DNA of 63,766 nucleotides, the filler included, from Olpidium bornovanus S191 (Eukaryota > Fungi > Olpidiomycota): assembly GCA_017911155.1 (NCBI GenBank). It is 26 parts of 26 records of this genome, joined end to end, with 100 filler letters (N's around TTAATTAATTAA, not from the genome) between each part and the next. Parts side by side here need not be neighbours in the genome. Positions count along the whole stretch, not along the records: positions 1 to 3,530 come from JAEFCI010003112.1; positions 3,631 to 6,720 come from JAEFCI010002627.1; positions 6,821 to 8,870 come from JAEFCI010011883.1; positions 8,971 to 9,972 come from JAEFCI010000588.1; positions 10,073 to 12,765 come from JAEFCI010001219.1; 21 more parts are not named here. One strand, given 5' to 3'. Shown in pieces: positions 1 to 11,049 of the stretch. Position 1 is the stretch's first letter; the number at the start of each line of letters is the position of its first letter. The translations under genes and the position numbers were made by a program. Below the pieces are notes generated by a model. The model had not been told where the DNA came from and did no database searches. It saw nothing but the letters and a program-made list of their open reading frames with translations.

Positions 1-303
1 ACCCCACCCCCCCCCCCCCCGCCCCGCCCCCCCCCCTCCCCCCCTTTCCCCCCCCCCCCGCCGCCGCCGCCGGCAATTTCCCGGGCCGCTTATTCTTCTC
101 TCTTTCTGAACTCACCCTCCCCCCAAAAAAGGCGCGGACACCCGAAGCGCCCTCTCTCTCTGCGCGGCGGGAAAACCAGCGCGCGCCCCTTCGCCGACCC
201 GTCGGAAGTCACCCGGCGCCGCCGCGTCCCCCCTCCCACCCGACGGTGCGCCGCCGGTCCGGTTCCCTTTCCCACCCCCGCTTGAGAGCACTCGCCCCTT
301 CCG

Positions 304-3216
304 ATGTTCGCCAAGGACAACGCCTCCGCCTTGTTCATAGGCGGGGAGCGCAGGTCGGGGAAGGACGTGCGGGAGTCCAACGGTGAGCCAGCCGGGGGGA
401 GGATGGGGGTGGGTGGGGGTGTGTGGGGCGGGGAGGTGTGCGTGTCGGTGCTCGAGAAACGAGAAGCCCCGCGGAGGAAAAAGCCGTCTGGCCGGAGGAG
501 GAGGGGGCCTCTCGCCCGTTCTCGCTGCAGTCCGCAACGTTCCGGTTGCCCCCGCGCGTCCACAAGTAAACCTCGTCCCTCCGGGGTTGGGGGGGAGGAG
601 GGGGTGGCCAGCACGAAACCAAGGAAACTGTTCGCCCATCCCAGACAAAACAAAATGACGGGAATACCCCGTGCTGCCACGCGGCGCGCCGCCTCGTTGA
701 GAAATGCCCCGCGCCGCTCCGTTCGGCGGCCACCTCGCCCCGGTCCCGCAGTTCCGAGGGATGCCAGGCCCCGCCCGCCCTGAACTACAGCAGTAGCGCG
801 TGGGCGTGTTCCCTCGCGCGTGACCCTCCTGCCCCTGTCGTTCTTGGAGGCGGCCGCGCCGCTCTCTTGCTTCGCAGCCTACGCTCTCCTGCCCGCTGCC
901 TGTCCCCCGCAAAGAACGTTTATGCGTCACACCACGGTGACGTTTCTTTTTGGTCCTCCTGCTCCCTCGTCTTTATTTATTTATTTTTTTTTATTTGCGT
1001 TTCTTTTTCGACTCCGTCGCGTGCGTACGCTTAGTTGCCGCCACGCAAGCTCTTGCAAATGTGGTCAAGACCTCCCTGGGGCCCGTTGGCCTCGACAAGA
1101 TTATGGTGGACGACGTTGGGGTATGCGCGGTTTGGAGCCTTGGATTTGTCGAGTAACAGCCGAAGCACACTCTTCACGGCTGCACCGCCTGGAATGGGCA
1201 CTACATTTTTTACCTTTAGAATTGCCATAAATAACGTCGAATGGATTTGTTCACTCTGATTTGCCGTTTTTTTGTTTTTGTCACGCGGGACAGGACGTCA
1301 CCATATCCAACGACGGCGCGACGATCCTGAAGCAGCTGGAAGTAGAGCACCCTGCTGCTCGAATTCTCGTGGAGCTGGCCGAACAACAGGACCAGGACGT
1401 GGGAGATGGCACGACTTCGGTCGTGATTTTAGCCGCAGAACTGCTCAGAAGGGCGAACGAGCTCGTCAAAAGCAAGATCCACCCGACCACGATCATAACG
1501 GGATACCGGCTTGCCAGCAGGGAAGCGATAAAGTTTATTGCCGACCAGATGACTGTGAAAGTGGATTCTCTCGGCCGCGAGTGCCTGGTCAACGCCGCCG
1601 CCACAAGCATTTCTAGTAAGATCCTCGGAAGGTGAGCTTCGAGCGGACTGGTTGGTTTAGCAGCAACTGCGCCATCTTCCTACTTGCGGACAGCTCAATG
1701 TACCCTCTGCCCCTCAGCGACAGCGATTTTTTTGCGAATATGGCCGTGGACGCCATGCAGGCTGTCAAATCTACTAATCATCGGAACGAGACCAAGTACT
1801 CGGTGAAGGCGGTGAACGTGCTGAAGGCGCACGGCCGCTCGGCTAGCGAGTCGGTGCTGGTCAAGGGGTACGCGCTGAACAACACGGTAGCGTCGCAGGC
1901 GATGAAAACGCGGATATCCAACGCGAAAATTGCGTGCTTGGACATCAACCTCCAGAAAGCGCGCATGTCGCTGGGGGTGAACTTGGTGATCGATGATCCG
2001 GAGAAGCTGGAGGACATCCGTCGCCGGGAGATGGACATAACAGCGGAGAAGATCGCGAAGATCCTTGACGCGGGCGCCAACGTGGTGCTCACCACCAAGG
2101 GCATCGACGACCTGTGCCTGAAGTACTTTGTAGAGGCCGGCGCTATCGCCGTGCGGCGCGTCAAGAAGGAAGATATGCGCCGGATCGCCAAGGCGACCGG
2201 CGCAACCATGGTGTCCACGCTCGCTAATTTGGATGGCGAGGAGAGCTTCGAACCGGCTCTCCTCGGTTACGCCGAGGAGGTGGTTCAGGACCGCGTGTCG
2301 GACGACGAACTTATTTTGATCAAGGGCACCAAGGCGCAGGCTTCGGCCTCGATTATTCTCCGCGGTGCGAACGATTACATGCTCGACGAGATGGAGCGTG
2401 CCCTTCACGACGCCCTGTGCGTCGTCAAGCGCACCCTAGAGAGCGGTACCGTCGTCCCGGGGGGCGGAGCCGTCGAGACTGCGCTCAGCATCTGGCTCGA
2501 AAACTTTGCCACCACTCTTGTATGTCGACGTTTGGGACAACGGATTTAGTTCGCACGTTGACGCGTCGCAAAAACCCCCCAAAAACGCTCGCCGGGACCG
2601 CCACGTTTCCGGCGCGGGCGGGCAGTCGGTCTAGCTTTTTTTGCTCGAGGTTGGGCCCGACGGTTTCCTTTTCTCCGTATATTGATATCTTTCTCTATCT
2701 CGTTTTTTTCCCGCGTTTTCTCCGCCCAAAAATAGGGCTCCCGCGAGCAGCTTGCTATCGCCGAATACGCCGCCGCGCTGCTGTGCATTCCGAAGCAGCT
2801 GGCCGTGAACGCCGCCAAGGATTCGTCGGAACTGGTGGCCAAGCTGCGCGCCTATCACAACGCGGCGCAGAACGAGCCCAACCGGCGCGGGCTGAGGTGG
2901 TACGGACTGGACCTCTTGAACGGCGGCATACGCGACAACATGAAGGCGGGAGTTCTCGAGCCCGCCGTCAGCAAGATCAAAAGCATGAAGAGCGCGACGG
3001 AGGCTGCCGTTGCCATCCTCAGGATCGATGACATGATCAGACTGGAGGTACGTTCCGCCATATTCCCGCGCTCGCAAGCGGGTGGTGGTGGTGGGGAAGG
3101 GGGGGGGGGTGCGTGTGATGTTAATCGAACCTGCTCTTGACGGCTGGTTTATTTTTTTTCCCTTGGGGTTGCGTTTTTCGCAGCCGCCCGCAGAGCCCGA
3201 ACGCGATGGGCACTAG
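304..3216 (+). CDS. TCP1: T-complex protein 1 subunit alpha (CCT1/TCP1), complete, 6 exons: 304-382, 1035-1120, 1294-1631, 1718-2519, 2736-3047, 3184-3216
   Basis: Spliced translation gives [71 protein letters not shown]. All introns GT-AG and in phase; ends [10 protein letters not shown]. Confidence 0.96.
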
Positions 3217-3530
3217 CCGCAATTTCCCCACACCTTCCCCCGCCTCACAAATCACAGCGGCGTTTTGCAACAAAAGAACGAAAGATAAAAACTATTGAAA
3301 AATCTGGGCCTGATCTTCTCGCGGATTCCGTGGGGTATGTCTCGTGACTGCAGTGCGCGCACGGAGAATGGAAACTGCGCCACGAAAGCTCGTCCCGCGC
3401 TGCTTTCTTTCCCGCTAGTCACGCGTCTTCACGCGAATTCTTGGTGAGGAAAAATGTCAACTTCCGGCCCCTCTTTCATTTCGCGGCGTCTTCCCCGCGG
3501 TGCTCCCAGCGCTCTTCGCTAGGAGACATG

Positions 3531-3630
3531 NNNNNNNNNNNNNNNNNNNNNNNNNNNNNNNNNNNNNNNNNNNNTTAATTAATTAANNNNNNNNNNNNNN
3601 NNNNNNNNNNNNNNNNNNNNNNNNNNNNNN
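3531..3630. other. Artificial contig linker (44 N + TTAATTAATTAA + 44 N). First of 25 identical 100-nt spacers, starting at 3531, 6721, 8871, 9973, 12766, 13914, 15868, 17326, 21626, 25354, 27099, 29124, 31604, 33376, 39135, 41059, 43815, 46127, 50334, 53331, 55591, 57722, 60085, 61293, 62429
   Basis: Identical length and a 12-mer core that places stop codons in all six frames; a standard concatenation spacer. Confidence 0.98.
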
Positions 3631-3631
3631 A

Positions 3632-3751
3632 GACGTTGCCGAATGGATCGCAACCTGTGACGCGTGACAACGGCACAAGCCCAGGAATAGCCCGACCGGC
3701 TTCCTGCAGCCGCTCCCCGTGCCGGAGCGGCGCTTCATCGACCTCGCCATG
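3632..3751 (+). mobile_element. Degenerate Ty3/gypsy-type integrase fragment (zinc-binding region into start of core), with in-frame stop
   Basis: Translates DVAEWIATCDA*QRHKPRNSPTGFLQPLPVPERRFIDLAM, matching the gypsy pattern DV..YV.SC..CQR.K......G.LQPLP.PE.P...ISMDF. The second Cys codon is TGA. Confidence 0.72.
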
Positions 3752-4107
3752 CGCAATGGCGCGCCCAGTGAGGCGGGGTGTCGATTAAAGGGGGGGGGGG
3801 GGGCTGAGCCGTAGACGCACTGTGCACACCAGCCCGCGGTACCCCTGCGTAGATTCCTTAGCCGCCGCCATATACAATAGGGCCAGAGAAAACTGGCAAG
3901 TGAACGCTCCAAATGCAGTTCCCTTCCCTTCCGTTTCTTACGGACTCGCGGCGTTCTCTGAGTCTACGCATTTTTTTTTTTTCAGCTTGGCTCCAACCCC
4001 CCCCCCCCCCTTCCCCCCCCTTTGTTGTTTCCCCCAGTCAAAACGCACACTCCGAGAGCCCGGCCAGAGAGCCCTTATCGGGGGAGAGAGCGAGCAGAAA
4101 CGATACC

Positions 4108-4139
<32 letters not shown>

Positions 4140-4174
4140 CGGCAACCAGAAAGGGGAAAATACTAACGTCGCAG

Positions 4175-4208
<34 letters not shown>

Positions 4209-4279
4209 CTCGCAACACTCCTCCCGCCCCTCCTCCCCGCCTGGGAAACGCCGCCTTCCCACCGCCACGCGGCAGCCCC

Positions 4280-4528
4280 ATGGCCGGCACCACCACCACC
4301 CCTTCCTGCTCGTCCGAGGCCGGCGACGCGCCGTACCCGCCGGAGAAACACAAGGCGGATTTCGACGCCATCGTCGCCAAGTACGGCCTCGCCACCGACG
4401 AGAAGTCCTCCGAGATTGCCGACTACCTGACATCCGCCCAGAACGGGCCGGTCACCGCGGAAGACTTCGCGGCCAAGTTCGGCTTCACGACCGCGGAGGC
4501 TTTCATGTACGTCGCCAATCCCGGCTGA
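4280..4528 (+). CDS. Intronless 82-aa orphan protein, possible HTH-like C-terminus
   Basis: ATG in CCCCATGG context, strongly GC3-biased codons, preceded by (CAA)n and (CT)n tracts. Protein MAGTTTTPSCSSEAGDAPYPPEKHKADFDAIVAKYGL...QNGPVTAEDFAAKFGFTTAEAFMYVANPG*. Confidence 0.65.
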   Translation: MAGTTTTPSCSSEAGDAPYPPEKHKADFDAIVAKYGLATDEKSSEIADYLTSAQNGPVTAEDFAAKFGFTTAEAFMYVANPG

Positions 4529-4908
4529 CGCCCCTGCCCTCTTTTCGGCCGTAGCGCCTAACTGGTCGTTTTGCCCCTTCGCGGCTTGCCTCGTCGGACC
4601 GGTCGTCCGTCGTATAAAAGAATACGTCCTGACATCCATCGAACGTGTCCCTTCGCCTCTCCAGCTTCCTCTCCTGGATCAACATGGGTGTCCGTTTCAA
4701 GGAAAGGTTCCTGCAACCTCAAAATGCCTTGGACGGATTTCCGCAGCAATAAAACGCAACTGCTTTCGCAGATCTAACGTAACCCAGCCAAAACTGATAC
4801 CAAGGTAGACCGGGGCGCCGCGTTCTCCGCCGCGTTCTCCCCCGACGTTCCCTCGGGAATCGTTTCCCGTGCGGGAAAGTGGCGCGGGTTTCGCGTTATC
4901 CGCGGCCG

Positions 4909-5700
4909 TCATCCTGTTCGCACGATTGTTCCGCTGTTCCGGTCCGTTTTGTACTCTGCATCTTCTTCATCTTTAACCGCTAATCGCTTTCGCAGCCAGT
5001 TGATTAAACTATTGTTGTAAATGTTTTGCGGGATCTGTCCCAGCAAGAAAGGAGCGGTCAGCGGTGGCTTGTGCTCCCTTGCTGCCTGCTTCTGAAGTGC
5101 TGGAGGCCAACGGGTGGTCGTAAGGCTCCATTCCGATGAGTGTGTGCTAGCCGCGGCCAGAGTCTCAAAAGCCAACGACCTTCGCCGGCCCATTCTGGAT
5201 TACCGTTGCCGCACGGTGCAGGCTGAGGCCAATTAAAGAAATTTCCAGCTCTCGCCCTGTTACGCGGCTCGCAAAACGACTCTGACTTACGGGTCACCGA
5301 TGTGGGTGTAAGACCAAATGACAGGAGGCCGCCTGGCGCCTCGGAAGTTCTATTACTTTTGCACGTCAGCGGCCGTTGCACAAGAGCCCGCAAAGGAATG
5401 GGCGCCTCAATCGACTGCGAGACTTTTGAGGTCGCATCTTTTTTAAGAAAAGAAATAAATCGCGAATGCCACGTTGTGATGGTCACCACTTGGAATAGGC
5501 AGCCGGGCCCGTGGCCAAGTGGAGGTTTCGAACGTCGAGAATCGGGACACACGGGGTTCTCTGCGCTTCGTTCCGTTCCCGTGGGCGTGCTGTGGAGAAG
5601 CGACGCGCGCTTCGGCGGAAAGCTTGCATAGTGCACGCAACGCGGCGGACCGTTCAAGAAGACCGCGCGCACCCTCAAGGGTGAGAGCGGTCTGTCCGCG
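4909..5700 (-). CDS. Probable multi-exon gene of unknown function, divergent from the LACTB2-like gene; exon structure unresolved
   Basis: Protein-like segments (VVTITTWHSRFISFLKKDATSKV...; GQIPQNIYNNSLINWLRKRLAVKDEEDAEYKTD...*) next to AG/GT sites; no family recognised. Confidence 0.3.
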
Positions 5701-5951
5701 CGTCCGGTGGAATTCTCTGCGGGGCACAGGGGGAGATGAACGGGACGGCGGGAGCCCACGCCGCGCCTGACACGCGCGGCCCACCCGGGGGTCCGAGAGA
5801 CTGCTCTACGAGAGCGCGGTGCGGACTTTAGGCTCCGAAGCGCGCCCGAAGGGGAACTCGGCCCGCCACCCCGGGGGGGGGGGGGGCCGGGGGAAGGCGC
5901 GTCGTTAATGACTTGCCGCGCGCGCGCGCTGCGGAACCCGCGCCTAGATCT

Positions 5952-6720
5952 ATGGAACAACTCGTGCCGCTGCCGGCGCTGGCGCGCCTCTCGCCGCGCG
6001 TGGTGCGTGGCGCGACCTGAAACCCCGCTCGCGAGGTTACTCCGCCGCAAAGGACGGCCGCGCGGTCACCGCCCATCTCGGGGGCGCTCCTAACGCTGTC
6101 AAACCTCGCCCCTCCAACGCGCAGATACGGATCCTCGGGTAATGCTGCGGTGGCCAGGCGCCGCGCTCCGGCTGACGCGTTGAGTTTCTGCTGACGTCCC
6201 AATCCCGACCTGCTCTCGCAATCTGTTCCCCACTCCTCCTCCTCCCCCGGCCCGAAATGGGGCCGGACTTCACACAAAAAAAAAAAAGTCACAACCCTGG
6301 CAAATTCACCCTGCAAGGTGCTGCGCAACCCTAACGCTCGCGAAAAACGTGCTCGGCCAAAACCCCCCGGGGTTGCCCCGTGCTCACTTTGCCTGCGAAA
6401 ACCGGGATCGCAGGGACTAACGTCTACCTCATCGGCACCGGTCGGTCGCGCCTGCTGCTGGACACCGGTGACGGGACGGCCGAGTGCGCAAAAACCCTCA
6501 GCTTCCTGCTCCGGGAAGAACTAAAGCTCAGCGTCCAGATTTCAGACATACTGCTCACGCATTGGCATCACGTACGAAAACGATCTGTGGGGAGCCGTTA
6601 AACGATCGGCCTTATGAGCGTCGATGCCGTTGATTCACCCCGCGAGCCTCCTCCGTCGAACAATTCGAAAGGACCATGTCGGCGGGATTCCGGGCATTAT
6701 GGACCTCCATATACGGCTGC
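5952..6720 (+). CDS. Metallo-beta-lactamase-fold hydrolase, LACTB2-like, 3' truncated; exons 5952-6002, 6125-6138, 6289-6317, 6414-6571, 6672->6720
   Basis: Spliced: [50 protein letters not shown]...DILLTHWHH-DHVGG, including the HxHxDH metal motif and the NPGxxTLQGTN signature. Confidence 0.9.
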
Positions 6721-6820
6721 NNNNNNNNNNNNNNNNNNNNNNNNNNNNNNNNNNNNNNNNNNNNTTAATTAATTAANNNNNNNNNNNNNNNNNNNNNNNN
6801 NNNNNNNNNNNNNNNNNNNN

Positions 6821-8330
6821 CCATGCAGCGCCTTCAAACTCTTGACTAAGCGCCGCTTTTTCGAGTTCAATGACACGGGGGTCGGCGCCGGTGACCGTAA
6901 TGTCGTCAACGTAGAGAATGGCGATGCAGGCGGGAAGTTCCGTTGTACTGCCGGCGTCTGACGGTGGGTTCGTGGCGATCAGAGTGTCGCCCTCTCGCCG
7001 CGGCTGCCACAGAACGTAGACATAGCCGTCGGCGGATAAGCAGATAAAGCCACGTGATTTGTAGTACTTGTCGATGCGCGCCTTCCACCTGTGTGCGGAC
7101 TGCTTGAAGCCGTATAGACACATTAGAAATAAGCAGACGTAGTCGGGGTGTGCAGCATTCTCGAAACCTTCCGGTTGCGTAGCATAGACAGGTTTGTTGA
7201 TGGTCGCGTTAAGGTACGCCACCGATATGTCCGTTTGGAAAAGGCCCCATCCATGTCGCGCGGCCAGGGCGATGATCATGCACATGGCCGTGTACGATGC
7301 GACGGGGGCGTATGTTTCGTCGTAGTCGAGTCCGTACTGTTGGGAGAAACCGCGCGCCACCCAGCGGGCGCGAAACTTTTCGACGGAATAGTCCGCGCGC
7401 AGTTTCCGTTTAAACACCCATTTGGTAGAGACCACATTGACGCCCTCTGGACGTGGGACCAGGACATAAACTTGATACTTTTGGATATTGGCGTACTCGA
7501 CTTCGCATGCAGCACGCCATTGGGCAGCGTCGGGTGCGTCCATGGCCTCGGCATAAGTACATGGTTCCGGTAAGTACATGTCCGGTTGGAATTCGGCTGC
7601 ATGACAGAGAAGCCCTTCGACAACCTCGTCAGGGATGGCTAGCCGCTTACGAGCGAAATATTCCCTGACCACATCAGTGCATCCGTCGAGGTTCGCTAGT
7701 GGTTCCCATGTGTCATCGGCAGGGGAGTATCCTTTCCAGCAAATATGAAATTCGAGCGAGCCGTCAGGTGAGCGCCGATGTTGGAGGATTTTGGCAAGCT
7801 TGAAGTGTCCGCTGTCGTCTACCGCACCGAAGTCGTTGGTGGGGCTTTCTTCCAAACCAAATTTTCCCTGGAGAGTATGACGCGTCTTCATGGAAAATGG
7901 CATCTTGACGTTTGAGGACAATGTTGTCGAGCGGGTCCCAAAAACGAAATCCTTTGGAGGCGCCAACAGGGCCCAAGTAGACGACCATGCGACCTGCGGA
8001 GGCGAGTTTATGCTCACGCTCGTCCTTTGGCAGATGGATAACGACAGTACATCCCGAAGTGTGTAGATCACGTAAATCCGAGGCGACGTCGGCTCGAATA
8101 TTGCATGTGTTGTTCAAAGCGGAGAGGGGTGCGGTACCGTGATTAAAGGTGTGCGGCGTCCGGTTGTAGATCCAAATGACGGTACGCCAAAGCTCATCCC
8201 AAAGGTACGGCGGGAGCTGGGTGCCACAGAGGATTGTCCGGACGCTATAAAATTCCGATCCTGGGTCCCCGGCATTTGCGAAACGCTTGATATAATTGTT
8301 GAACGAGTGGGTGGTCAGCTTCGCTGACCC
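6821..8330 (-). mobile_element. Ty1/copia pol fragment: damaged integrase C-terminus and SH3-like region, chromodomain (about 7650-7807), reverse transcriptase (about 7570 to contig end)
   Basis: Integrase tail VRTIL...LPPYLWDE...WIYNRTP and KL...G..VVYLG...SKGFRFWDP....KRQDAIFHE. After a frameshift comes one open frame with FKLAKILQHRR...EFHICWKGYSPADDTWEPLANL, then EPCTYAEAM, KWVFKRK, KFRARWVARGFSQQYGLDYDETYAPVA, LYGFKQSA, LYVDD. IN precedes RT, the copia order. Confidence 0.95.
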
Positions 8331-8804
8331 TGATGGATAACCGCGCCCGTTCCGGCGAAGGCGAAGGCGAAAATCGACCACGAGGTCGGCGATTACGCAA
8401 AGCCCCGCGCGAAAACAATGAAATTTCAAAAAAAAAAAAAAACCTCGCCAGGATCCCCCCTTCTTCTTCCCCCGCACGCGCGAGTCGCGTGACCAAAAAA
8501 CAAAAAGCCAGAAATGAAACAGACGTGCAGTACCGACCCCTTCGGCTGTTTGGCAGATCTGCTCACCACCGCTTCTGCCGGCGCAGCCCGAAGGCGGCGC
8601 CGGGGAAAAAATTCTCTTGCGGACGCGGAAAAGTCGAGCGGCACAAATCAGGCGTAAACGAACGCTGCCGTGTTGGTACCTGCCGACGCGGCGTAAAAAC
8701 GCCACAAACTCGTGCAGGCGGCGATCACGGGTTGGCCGACGGTATATTTGACAACAGCGTTTGGGAGGGAGGAAGGAGGAGTGTTGGTGTGGATGTGTGT
8801 GTGT

Positions 8805-8870
<66 letters not shown>

Positions 8871-9080
8871 NNNNNNNNNNNNNNNNNNNNNNNNNNNNNN
8901 NNNNNNNNNNNNNNTTAATTAATTAANNNNNNNNNNNNNNNNNNNNNNNNNNNNNNNNNNNNNNNNNNNNTTAAAACACCGGCGGCGGCCGGAAAGAGGA
9001 GGGTGGTGCGCCGGGCGCGCGCGTGCCTTCTTCCCCCGTTAGGGTACGTGTTCTTTTTTTTGTTTTTTTTTGTTTTTTTT

Positions 9081-9111
<31 letters not shown>

Positions 9112-10072
9112 CTTTGTTTGATGGTGTTTTTGTTTTTGTGCCGTTTGCGCTTCTGCTGCGGGCGGGAGGAAGTTTAAATTTATTTATTTTTTCTTTCTTT
9201 TCATGTTTCCGTTTTTGAACCGCACTTCTCCCTTTTTCCCCTGGGCCCCCTCCCCCCCGTCTCTTCTCTCCCGGTCTACCCCGCCGGCAGTCGGCCGCGA
9301 CCGACTTTTGGAAAACATTCAACAGCCCCGCGCTGCGGGGCCGGCGGGTTCCGCCCTTGAGGGGGGATTGGGCTAGGGGGGCGGGGCGCCGGGGAACACG
9401 TGAACGTCGCCCTCACACACCCCTCCCCCGCGCCTCCCCCATTCCCTTTTCTCGGCACGCGGGATTTCTGTTCCGGTGCGGGTTGTTGTTGTTGTTGTTG
9501 TTGGAAAAAGGCGGAAAGGGGAAAGGGGAAATGGGAAAAGGCACGGGGAAAGAGGGGGAAGGGGAACGGGGAACGTCTTCCCGAAGGTTTGATTCCCCTG
9601 GGCTCACGGCCCCAAAATCAACCTGGCAAAAAGGTGACGTGCACCATACTGAGCGACGAAAGCCTTCTTCGAAAGAGACAGGCGGACGACGGAGACCGGC
9701 GGCTCCGCGGGGCAGAGGATAGGGCGCCATTTTTGTGTGCTTTTGGCCCAACTGCGACTTCGGCTGCGGCCGCAGGGCCCAAGCTGCGAACCACGGTCCG
9801 TTTCCCCCCTCCCCCCCCGGGCCGCTCGTGTCCGACGTGCCAAAAAGTCAAAAGGAAAACGCCATGTCACTTTCCGTAGACTTGCTCCCCCCTCCTACCA
9901 ACCCTCTCCCCGCCACAGGTGTGGCAGGCGGGCAATGCCCGATTATTCGATCGTAATCTAATAAGGCGGAAANNNNNNNNNNNNNNNNNNNNNNNNNNNN
10001 NNNNNNNNNNNNNNNNTTAATTAATTAANNNNNNNNNNNNNNNNNNNNNNNNNNNNNNNNNNNNNNNNNNNN

Positions 10073-10528
10073 CCTGTTGACCGTCGATCTATAACAGGAT
10101 ATGCCGTGTTTTACAATGAAAGTCTCATCTCATGGAAATCTGCTAAACAATCGTGTACAACCTTATTTTCAAGTGAAGCAGAACTTGTGGCAGCCTCAAG
10201 CACTTCGCAAGAGATAATTTGGCGTCGCCGGATTGTCACTGCTCTCTGCGGACCACAAGTCGCTTCATCTGTCTATGTCGATAACCGCGCAGTTATCGAC
10301 ATCACCAATCGATCGACGAGCAGTGCCCACACGAAGCATATTGACGTGCGACACTTCTTTGTCAGAAACCAAGTTATACAAGGTCATATCGTCGTCGTCC
10401 CGGTCGCCACTGCGAACAACGTCGCCGACACATTTACCAAGGGACTGGCAAGACCGCGTTTTACTGATTGTGTTACTTTACTTGGGCTTGTAAACTCCCC
10501 TCCCATTCGTAACAAGGAGGAGTGTTGA
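10073..10528 (+). mobile_element. Ty1/copia RNase H domain (3' end of pol)
   Basis: DRRSITGYAVFYNESLISWKSAKQ...SSEAELVA, YVDNRAVI, HTKHIDVRHFFVR, NNVADTFTKGL; ends NKEEC* across the polypurine tract. Confidence 0.93.
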
Positions 10529-10671
10529 GTTTATTTCTTTATTCTTTATTCTCTTTTCTCCTACGTGTGTTCTTGGTTAGAACCCCACAAGTTTGTACTG
10601 TACCATAACGCGTAAACTTCCTGTTTGAATAAAAGGAGCCGCACCGCGCGGCGAAACACATAACTCTCACA
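10523..10671 (+). repeat. Putative 3' LTR (about 149 bp) of the adjacent copia element
   Basis: Starts TGTTGAG directly after the purine tract AAGGAGGAG, contains AATAAA at 10628, ends CTCTCACA (imperfect inverted terminus). The end is inferred without a second LTR. Confidence 0.62.
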
Positions 10672-10837
10672 TGTACAGGTTGGGTACCGTGGTCAGGATT
10701 TTTGCCATTCTGTCGGCTGCAATGCCGTTGCGGAACCTTGCGGTTTACAGTTTCATGTTTCTTGGGGTTGGAAGTTGCATGAACAACAGGCTAATTGTCT
10801 TGAAATACTGCTCGAAGACATTGTCACTCGGGCGTAG
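10672..10837 (-). pseudogene. Possible decayed retrotransposon gag-like fragment abutting the LTR (nested insertion)
   Basis: Translates LRPSDNVFEQYFKTISLLFMQLPTPRNMKL*TARFRNGI..., loosely like gag motifs (VEEY....L.......ARF.NGL); one internal stop. Confidence 0.3.
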
Positions 10838-11049
10838 CCCTCAAAGATTTTGCGAGGGGCGGTAGGAGGCCGGCAAAGGGGGGGTAGGTGAGTGGGCACG
10901 GCACGAGCGCAGGCTTCTCTTTGCGCCAAACGCAAACAGAACGCACGGCAGAAGCGCGCTCGGCAAGGCTGCACCAACTCGCCTCCTTCCGCGCCGGACA
11001 AGAAGCGCCCTTTGCATCCGACGCCCGTTGCTGGGGCCGTGCCTGCGCC

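Noticed and set aside
1695-2408. Long antisense ORFs over real genes (also 35237-35944, 56586-57302, 22454-23518, 60335-60862)
   Set aside because: Shadow frames produced by high GC3 codon bias on the opposite strand; the translations have no protein-like motifs.
8771-8790. GGAGGAGTGTTGG resembling a fourth PPT-LTR junction
   Set aside because: Runs directly into (GT)n and poly-G at the contig end, with no pol remnant upstream.
6821-10671. Chromo-copia RT and the RNase H/LTR as one continuous element
   Set aside because: Opposite strands, two linkers and an unrelated contig lie between them; same-family status is possible but unproven.
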